A stretch of DNA of 63,268 bases, the filler included, from Perkinsus olseni (lineage: Eukaryota), in assembly GCA_013115125.1 (NCBI GenBank). It is 7 parts of 7 records of this genome, joined end to end, with 100 filler letters (N's around TTAATTAATTAA, not from the genome) between each part and the next. Parts side by side here need not be neighbours in the genome. Positions count along the whole stretch, not along the records: positions 46,449 to 55,251 come from JABANN010000947.1; positions 55,352 to 63,268 come from JABANN010000999.1; 5 more parts are not named here. One strand, written 5' to 3'. A program made the position numbers and the translations under genes. Each line of letters begins with the position of its first letter. Position 1 is the stretch's first letter. Below are positions 52,001 to 63,268 of the stretch, piece after piece. Under the pieces are notes generated by a model that had not been told where the DNA came from, searched no databases, and was given only the letters and a program-made list of their open reading frames with translations.

Positions 52001-52880
52001 AGCACTGGTCATTATTATATGTTAATATTTAAATTTATCACTTATGGATATTTATATATAATTAATCATATTATATAGTATTAGATCTATATTGGTATAC
52101 TTAATCTATAATATCTATTATAATATACAATATCTATTAGGGCCCATTATAATTAATAGTTATATCTATATTTTAATATAGTTTTATTCTATTATTATCT
52201 CAATATTATAATTTTATATATAACATATACATTATTTTATTATATATTTATAGCAATAGAGATATTTATATAATAATAGTAAAGGATATATCTTAGATTA
52301 ATATATATTAAAATAGACTATCTATATACCTTTATAATATTTATATACCTATAATTATACATAGAGTTATATATAGTTTATTCAATATTTAGTATATATT
52401 ATATATCTATGTATATATTTAATAGATAGTTTATAATGTTAGATAATATTAATTTTATAATATTATAGGTATTATTTATATATCTAGGTTTATCATAATT
52501 ATATATATACTACATAGATTTACCTTAATAAATAGATATTAAAGTTATTAGATTATAACATATAGTAAAAGATTAGAATATTAAATGTTTATACTATTAT
52601 TTTATACATTATTTATAATTATTTATTAATATACTATATACCATAGATAATATTAGTTATATTGATATAATATATAGTAATAGGTTATTATTATCTTAAT
52701 GTATATATAAATATCATAGGAATATAATATATATAATTATAATAATTACTAATAAATAGTGATCTTAATATATAATTAAATATTAGATTATATCATATTT
52801 TAGGTATTAGTAATAATAATAATATATACCTAGATATTAATCATACATTATAACATAATAATCATAAATTATATATAATT

Positions 52881-52915
52881 ATAAATATATACTATGGGAT
52901 AATATGGCTAATCAT
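52881..52915 (+). rRNA. Candidate LSU peptidyl-transferase-centre fragment (LSUF-like)
   Basis: ATAAATATATACTATGGGATAATATGGCTAATC resembles ATAAAAGGTACTCCGGGGATAACAGGCTGAT. Downstream conserved motifs not recognised. Confidence 0.3.
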
Positions 52916-53113
52916 TATTATAATTAAATAAACCTATAGATATTGTTATATAAATATTACTATATAGTATTAGTATAAAATAAGGTATTATTACATATAT
53001 AAATATGTATTATATATAGATAAAAGATAGTTAATATTATAACTTATAAATATATATATAAACTCACTAGATTAATACCTATAGATACTAACTATATTTA
53101 TTAGAATATATAT

Positions 53114-53313
53114 TATGTGCCCATATTTAATAAAATATATAGTAAAGGGCACATATAGCTAGTATTATAATATTATATATATATTCCCAGGGCACCATAT
53201 TAATAATAATAATACAATAATAAATATATAGTGTTAGTGCCCTGGGTTATAACATAATATATAATAATGTCAGGTGCTATTACTAAATATAATATAATAT
53301 TACTGCACCTGAC
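53114..53313. repeat. Three back-to-back GC-stem hairpins (densest example of the dispersed hairpin class)
   Basis: TATGTGCCC/GGGCACATA (53114-53155), CCCAGGGCAC/GTGCCCTGGG (53186-53246), GTCAGGTGC/GCACCTGAC (53269-53313). Confidence 0.9.
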
Positions 53314-56300
53314 TATATAATAATATAATAATTAGTGAGATAAATATATATTTATAATAGTGTATAAATGATAATATAGATCTATATAGATTAAAATAAC
53401 ATACTATTATCTAGGGTGGATTAAAACTATATTATTAGCATATCAATATTATTATAATATCAATATATGGTATTAAATCTATACTATTAATATGAGGTTA
53501 ATAACATAATTATAATATAAAATCATGTAATATTTACTATAATATCATATAATAATACATATACTATATTTTATATCCTTATTAATAGCCTATCAATACC
53601 AATAATATACAATATATATAAATGAGTGCATTATTGTATTTAATATCATATTTTATTATCATATTTATATTATAGTAACGATATAGTATTATTAGGTTAT
53701 ATTATAAGGTATCATATTGTTATATATTATTATTATAACATTATATTAGTAATAGTTTATATACTTAATATATGGATCCTTATAATATTGTATAGTATAT
53801 TATTTAATATTAATAGATAAGGTATTATTATAAAGTATCATATATTAGTATTAATAGTATATGGAGTATTAGATTATATTATATAATATTGAATTATTCC
53901 TTATCCTAATATCATGTATATATACTTATCTTTATATTATAATAATGATAGATAAATACCTATTATTAATATTACTAATACTAATATATTATCCTTTATA
54001 CTGTATTATACCCATATCCATAGCCACCAGATTAATAAATATAATAATTATATATAAATAAATATGTACTGGTGGCTATACTAATATTATATCATATATT
54101 ACCTTAATACTATTTATATTGATGGGTGTATTCTATAAATATAAGATAATACATATATTAGCACCCATACTAATATGATATATCCATAACCATAGTATAT
54201 AATTTATTCATAACTAATATAACAAATACCTATATAATATACCATAAACCATAGGATATAAATATAATAGTTAGTAATAGAAATATAAGTATTTATGATA
54301 AAATAATGTATTATAATGAATTTAATATGTTATTTAATATACTTTATGTACTATCATATGATATAAATATAGATAAACAATGCCTTGTTATAAATAAATA
54401 TAAGTATATAATATAATAAAATATAAATACAAGGCATTGGTATAAATATATGTATTAATAATAATTAGGATATAATAGTAATATATTAAAGTATAACTAT
54501 GTATATATATAGGATTACAATATACTCTATTTTTATCATACTATTAATATTTATATTATAATACCTTTATTTATAAGGATAACTAACTAGATATTATTCT
54601 TAGTATATAGTATTTAATAAATAGATTTATATGTATTTAGTTATAATAATCTATAGAGGGTATCAATAATAATATAGATATTATCCATGGGGTTATTAGT
54701 TAATATATGATATATAATATTATAGAGTATTTATAGGGTATAGTACATGATATTATTAGTTTATTATTTATGTATATAAGGTATTACAAGTAGTGTTATA
54801 TTGTATCATATATCTTATTAATATAGTAATAACATCATATATAATAAATAGTACTTATCGATAATATCAATGGCTATGGAGTATATATATTTATAAATAT
54901 ATCCTTTATTACCTAATATTAATATATGAATAATGCTATCTTATGATATGAAATACTGTATTATATGTTTATTTATATATATAGGATCATATTTATGGTA
55001 TTATGCCTCTAATTATAATGTATTAATATTATCTTAATCTATGGTATTGTGATGTTATATTTACTATAGATATATTATATTTAATTTACTAATACATCAC
55101 AATACAGTATTAATATATATAATTATATAACCATAAACTAATAATATACACTCTCTATAGATAATTATCATATACTAGTAAATACCTATATAATTTAATA
55201 TCTAATATTATGGTATACAGTATATAATAATAAGTAATTTATAGGGTATTANNNNNNNNNNNNNNNNNNNNNNNNNNNNNNNNNNNNNNNNNNNNTTAAT
55301 TAATTAANNNNNNNNNNNNNNNNNNNNNNNNNNNNNNNNNNNNNNNNNNNNCCTTATATATATTTATAGTTAATATCTTATTATGGTGATTATTTATATA
55401 TTAATAATATATTATTTATTAGTACTTTATACTCCATATATTATATTACTAATTATATTAATGATATACCTTATAAATACTATTAATACTATATACTTAG
55501 GACATAGATAAATAATAAATATAAATATATACTAACCAGGGCATTATTAATTTAATATATATTCATAGGTAATATTATCTCTCTATATTTATACTTAATA
55601 TAATACCATAGATTTATATTACCATAGATATTAATGGAGGGTATTATTATAATATTATTAGTCTAGATATTAGTAATTATAATACTAACTATATATAATA
55701 TTACTAATATATGTATATTTTATCAACATTATGGTATATAAATTATATTAATAGTGATATCTTACTTTATATTATATACCCATATTATATAGTATTATTA
55801 TATTAATGATACCTTTATTTATACTCACTAGTAATAATAATAATAGTATCTAGACATATATTTATATATTATTAGCATACCCCATTAGTCAATATTGTAT
55901 AATTACTATATATTTATTATTATTTAGGGGTATGCATTATTATGGCTGGGGGTACTATATATAATATTTACTATTATAGTCATTATTAGGTTATATATAC
56001 ATTATATTATGATATAGGTAATAATTAGTAGTTATCAATGGTTAATAATACATTATATTATATTTAATATTATAGTATATATATAATATAGTCTATTTAG
56101 TAATATATTATCTTTATGTATACATATTATTATATTTAATATCTAGTGATTTATATTCTATAATTTCATCTAACTAGGTTTATATATATATAATTATTAA
56201 TGTCTATATTACAATATCATATTTATTAGATTAATTACTATAATATACTATATACTAGAGATTAAGTTAATATATTATAATCCTTAGTAATGGCCCTATA

Positions 56301-58621
56301 GTACCTAATAGATAGTAATATAATAAATATATAAATAACAATAAAATAACCATAATTATATATTATAACAATATTATACATATCTATCTTTAGTAATATT
56401 ATGATAAGGACTATAGATATAAATAGTTTATCTTATATTTAGGTATATTTAGATTTAGTATATTTATTAATCTAGGTATATAGAGGTATATTAATTTATT
56501 ATGATAACGTACATATAGTATTAAATATCTATCTATTAATAAATACTATCCAATATAATGATAGAATAATAACATTAGTATATTATATTAGGTTACCTAT
56601 GGCCCTCTTTTACCATGGTTTAATTTATATATTATTATTATATGATGGAGAGGGCCATTATCCATTATCTATATATAGCCTTATCAATAAAGATATAATT
56701 ATCTATAAGGTATTTAATCATTAATATTAGTATTTAACCATGGAGAGGGTATAAGGCCCTCTATATTTATATTAGTTATTATATTATATTATGTAATGAG
56801 GGCCTTAAGATATTATTATTAATTAATATGGCCATAGCACTGTAATATTATATCTAATAAATCTATCTTATTTAATATCAGGGCCTATTTAATATATATA
56901 TAAATCTGGATAGGTTAAAACCTTATAAAATATACATTTATATCTCCATATATTATTAAGTTAATATTACCTATATTTAATATGGCCTTATAAAGTATCA
57001 TATATCTATATATCATATTCTAATAAGTTATCTAATACAATATACTATATATTATATATAAATATAATTAATGATATCCTTTATAAATATATATTATCAT
57101 AAGGATCTAATATGGCCTTATACCAAGATATAATTATAGTCTATTATATATATAGGAATAAGTATCAATAGTGATATAAGGTATTGTAATAGTATATATT
57201 ATTAAGGCCATCTCTAGTTAGTATTATTTATATATAATCATGATATAATATAATATTATCTATATCTAAATTATAGTATATATTGCCTATGGTTTAATAG
57301 ATAATATTTAATAAAGATATATGATAGGATATATTAATGTTAATCTGAAATAGAGATGTAATATTATCTTTAATAATTAGTAAAATAGTGATTAATTATA
57401 TATTAATACCAATATTGATAGTTGATATAATTATGATATCATAGTATATTAAACTAATATATTATAAATTAGTAATATTGGTATTATCATTATATACTAG
57501 TTTATATTCTAATTAATAATCTCTATAATATATCATAGTAATATTAATGGTATACCTATATATTTATAACTATTTAATGATGTGCTAATAATACAATATA
57601 TATAAGTTATTAATAAATATAAGAGCACATCATAAAGGTATTCATAATTATAGTATTAATAACCACACATATATATATATTAGTACTATATTACGATAAA
57701 CTATAATTATCTATATTTATTTGTATGCTATTAATATATAATAATCCTGTATAATATGTATATAATGATACCTTATTAGTTTATAGATATTCATATTGTT
57801 ATATACCATCATAATAGTATTGTATAGTATAGTATATTTTATTAATAGATCTAGATATCATAAATATTATCATATACCATATAGTTATTATAGTAATTAT
57901 TATATTAATACTTATTTTATAGATATTATTATAGGTATTACTGAGGTATGGAGATTATTAGTATATTTATTATAATTTTATCTATAAATATCATTATATT
58001 TATTCTAATATCTATATTCTATTTATATAATTATATGATCATATAATAAATATTACTATATATTTAGGACCTTATTAAGTTATATTTATATTTATAGGTA
58101 TTAATATCTTAAGTTAACATAATCTATGTCCTAGTAAATATATAATATAAGATCTAATATTATATCCTAATATTTATATGGTTATTATTATTTATGGATA
58201 TTTATTATTATTCTTTATTATAGGGTATATAACATTATATATAGATAATATATTAAATAACTAGGGGTCTTAATGTTGTTTATATATACTTATATTACAT
58301 ATATTTTATTAATTTACTATATTTTATATTATAATGACAATTAGGATATTATACTATTATTATTTTTATCAATAGTTATACTACCTTTATAAGTATTAAT
58401 ATATATATTATATAGTATTCTTATGATATATTATACCATTACCAATATAGTGTTATTATATGATATGGATATAATTATAAATAGGAATATATATATTAAA
58501 TTAGTTTATATTATCTTATTATTATAGTATATTATATTACTTATTATTATAATTTATCATTAATATATACTGTTTTAACCATACAGTCACATCCTATATT
58601 ATATATACTATTATATTTACA

Positions 58622-58652
58622 CTCTATAGATACCCTATATTTATATATATAA
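58622..58652 (+). repeat. 31-bp direct repeat, second copy at 60106-60136
   Basis: CTCTATAGATACCCTATATTTATATATATAA occurs twice. Confidence 0.8.
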
Positions 58653-61600
58653 GATAAGATAGATTTATATAACTTATTATACTATTTATGACTATATAGA
58701 TTTATTTATAAATAACTATATTCTTTGTATTATTATAAAGTATTATATATATTAAATAGATATTGTTATATAGAATTATACATTATTAATAATAGTGTGG
58801 TATAGGTATATTTAAATATATATATAATATTAATATTAGGGGTTTATAGCCTTTTGTATTACTATTATTATTAATTATATATATTTATTTATTAACAAAA
58901 GGCTATTTATATATCCACCTGCTATATATACTATTATTATATTTAAGGGAGCAGGTGGTGTATATATTTATATTTATATTTATGGCCTATTAATAATTAT
59001 ATGATAATAATAGATATCTTTATAAATAAGGTAATATATCATTAATAAATACCTATAAGATAATATGGATAAAATAAATACTAATAATAATAAACTAGTT
59101 ATATGAATATTTAGTATGTTATAAATTATAAGATATCATTAAATCATATACTATTAATACTATTATTATTCTATATTTATTATACCAATATCAATATTAT
59201 ATCTTTATTATTCTTACTTTATACTATATTAATTTATCTAATTTAATACTATCATATTTATACATAAACTACTATAATATCATAAATTAATAATCTATTT
59301 ATATTTATATTTTATATCTAATAATTATCTATTTATTATTCTATATGCATGCAATATATATAAAGTATTATTAAATAGAATATCAATGAATTAAATATAT
59401 TATATACTTATTATACTATATGATAAAATAATAGTAATTTAATCTACATATAAATATAAACCTAATACCTATAATAACTATAATATATTAATTATTACTT
59501 TATATATACATAATAGATTTATAGTAATATTAACCTCTGATACCTATAGTATGATATCTTATATATATTATTACTATGTATTTATAATAGTCTATTATAT
59601 AGTTATCATAATATATATTAATATTATATAAAATACACCATAGTTATACTTAATATTATTATAGTAATTATATAAATATCCTTATATTAGTAATAATATT
59701 ATATACTTATTTATAACCTTAGATACCAACATTTATATATTATTTATATATGTAATTATATTATTATAAACCATAGTATTATTAACATATTAGTGATATA
59801 TAGTACCTTAGATATATTAATATTAATACTATATACTATTACAATAATACGTTAAATTATACTATAATATCCTTATAACATGTAATATTATAATTAAAGG
59901 TAGATCATTATATAGTAATATGGCATTTATAGTATATTATATTACTAGTAAACCAATAAATATGTATACTTATATCTATAGAATTATTATAACTTAATAT
60001 TATTATTAGATTAAATAGATTTATATAAATACTTATATCTTATTAATAGTCTATTGTATTATATTATAATAATTTATATATGTAGTATTTATTATTAGTA
60101 ATACCCTCTATAGATACCCTATATTTATATATATAATTAGTATTATTAGGCCACATTCTCCATAGTGTAATCTATCAATAGACTTATTAATATTAGTATA
60201 TATATTCATGATCGACATAATATTATATATATAAATAAGTTATTAATATAGTAAATACTTTATATAAATATATATATATATAGGTTTTTATCTAACTATT
60301 ACTAGTATTATTATATATATATACAGGTATAAGGTATTACCATGGAGATTAAGATATTATAATTACTAATAATCTATTAATAAATATGTATATATAGGAT
60401 CTATTATAATAAGTATACGTATTATTATATTAAATATGTTATAAATACCTGTAAATCTAATAATGCCCTTACTAATACCAAGGATATAATATCTTATAAA
60501 ATACTAATATATGGGCTTATATGATCATAATATCGTATTTACCTATTCTTATATATTATATATTTTATACTTATTAATATTAATATATATCTTATAACTA
60601 TGGAGGGTATAATGTATTATATTATAGTAAGTAATATATAAATCTAATTAGTAATAATAAATCTATTATATATAAATAATCTATAGTAATATAATGTAGT
60701 AATTATACTATCAATATAATATAATAATGGATATTAATACTGGTATATGGTAATATATTAAATATTTATATATTTATCTCTATACTATTAATAGGAAATT
60801 ATATTTTAATGTTATATCTCCATAGTTTAATAAGGTATAATATATATTAATATACTATTAAATACACCATCTAGATATATAATGTACTATTAATTAATAT
60901 AATATTGGTAATTAAGGTATTTATAATGTAATATTTATCATAATATACTAATATTTATATATATAATACAATAGGTTATACACACTAGATTTATTAGTAT
61001 TTAATATTCACTATTTATAATATTATCATTACTATATAGGTTTACTATTATTATATAAATACTCCATTAATAATTATAAGTTAATATACCCTCTAATCTA
61101 TTACTATTCAATATAGGTATAATTACAAGATATATATATATGAATAAAATTACTATAATATTAATAATGATATTACTATTTATTAAGTATAACTAGATAT
61201 ATAATACTATGTCTATTAATAATTTATAATATATATATTAGTTCATAATATAATACATAGTTAATATATAATTACTAATAAATAACAATATATACCTTTA
61301 TAAGATAATCTATAGCCTTAATATATTTATATTTATGTGGATATATTATTACATAGAGGAGTATATGTATATTAGGATATTATAATTCATTATTATATAT
61401 TTATTCCTATAATATTAATAAGGCCACCATAGTAAATAGTATATTATAAATATTAATCCCTATACCCCTATTAATAGATAATATTATATATATAATTATA
61501 TTAATATTTATACCCATATATATCCATTGAATTTATTGATATTATACATATACTTTACTCTTTTATAATATATTTCATTATAATCTATAGTTTCATATTT

Positions 61601-63195
61601 ATTAATTTCATATATAATTTCTATATAATATATTCTATCTATTAATATTTATAATAAATCTAGTTAGGGGGTATTATAATAATATATCATAGTTATGATT
61701 AATAAATTCAACACCTATTCTTTTATCTTTTCTAATACCTATATTTTTATTAATACTTTCTAATATTTTATAATTTATATAATCATCATAATTATTAAAA
61801 TTAAATATTTGATTGTATTTAAATAATGGTATATTTGAAATATTATATTTATTTATGGCCTTGGTATAATTATTATATTATTAACTACCTATATTATATA
61901 TTATCTTATATATAAATTATATCAATATAGTGATTATAGTACATTATTTAATATAATATATTATACATTATTAATCTAATAAAATAGATAGTATATATAA
62001 CATTAATATACAGATTATACCCTATCCTATAAATATATATATAATGCCATCACTAGTAATAAATATAATATATGTTATTTTATTATATCCATAGTCATAG
62101 AGCCATATTGTATTATCATATTTAAGTTATTATATTTATTAAGTTAACAATATGGCCTATAGTCTATAATAATGATATTGTTATATTAAAGTAATATATA
62201 TTAATATTGTAATCTATATTCTTATACTATATTGTTATATAAATATTAAGATAAATGTATAGATAGTTTAAATAAATATTATAAATTATAGTAATTATTA
62301 AATAAATATACATAAATTATATAAAATATTATTATATTGTATCATTTAGTATCAGTCATCATTATCATATATATCTAGATAGTACCGTATATCTTAGATC
62401 AGAATATTATATCGTGGTCTATCAATATTACTATATTATATAGGATATATACTATTAATAACCCTTATTATATTAGATAATTATTAGTAATATATTATTA
62501 AAGTATAGATTATATGATATTATATAATAAATAACAATATAAACTAATAAAGACTCCATAGTGTATATTATATTAATACAATAAATAGATATTTAATAAT
62601 AATATATTAACTTAGGTAAAGGAATATATAATAATATATTAGACTACTTTATGGTACTATATTACTAGATATCATATTAAATAGTTTATATCAATATATC
62701 AATAATTACTATATAGTATATATTTAATTATAAATCTAGAGTGTTAAATGGCTATATTAATCATTATATCATGGTTTATTAATATTAAATGGTATATAAT
62801 GTAATATCATAGTATAAGATATGGTCTATTTAAATAAATATATATGGATTTATATTGTATAATATGGTATATAGTTTACTAATTAATATATACATACTAG
62901 ATAATATCACTATTAATATAATATATCCATTATACACACTATAGGGTAATATATAGATTTATTATAATGTTTATTAAATGCCATAGTTTATACTAACTAT
63001 ATTTATAAGATAGATTATTAGGTATTATTTATCATATATTTATATCTAGTATTATACATATAATAATATAATTTATAGTATATAAATCTGGTGTGTATAT
63101 TATTATTTATAGGTCTATTAATAAGGAATTTAATAATATATTATATCTTAATATGATGTAATTATATGTAGTATTATATTATATTATTAGTAATT

Positions 63196-63268
63196 ATTAG
63201 TTAATATACTATATGTAACCATATATAAATATAAGGGTATTTACACTAACTAGATAGATAAAGTATAC
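63196..63268 (+). repeat. 73-bp terminal overlap with the end of the palindromic cox1 contig
   Basis: Identical to 24075-24147 and reverse-complementary to 35900-35972. Confidence 0.95.

Noticed and set aside
60200-60222. TTCATGATCGAC as an LSU H89-H90 motif
   Set aside because: Short match with an indel and no flanking conserved motifs; not enough to call.

Overview
The window is seven assembly contigs joined by artificial 100-nt spacers (N44-TTAATTAATTAA-N44). Contigs 1-3 (1-7926, 8027-15950, 16051-23974; about 50% GC, short GT-AG introns) are nuclear DNA of a eukaryote. They carry an ethanolamine/choline-phosphate cytidylyltransferase 5' part, two FAM151/menorin-like paralogs (one frameshifted), decayed LTR retroelements including a BEL/Pao-like one, and a Harbinger-like MITE with a tRNA-like Pol III cassette. 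They also carry two pepsin-family genes (one lacking both catalytic Asp) and a folate/biopterin transporter. Contigs 4-7 (24075-63268; very AT-rich) are mitochondrial DNA, most consistent with Perkinsus. cox1 is present twice, in the arms of a 5852-bp inverted repeat, and reads through only with TGA=Trp plus ten frameshifts (8 U-AGGY, 2 CCCCU-A), a system already published for Perkinsus. I found no intact cob or cox3. The 'non-coding' mtDNA is structured: at least 34 sequence-unique GC-rich hairpins of constrained size, a strongly over-represented CTCCATAG motif, apparent fossil copies of cox1 and cob, and a few rRNA-fragment candidates. All alignments and counts were done by eye.
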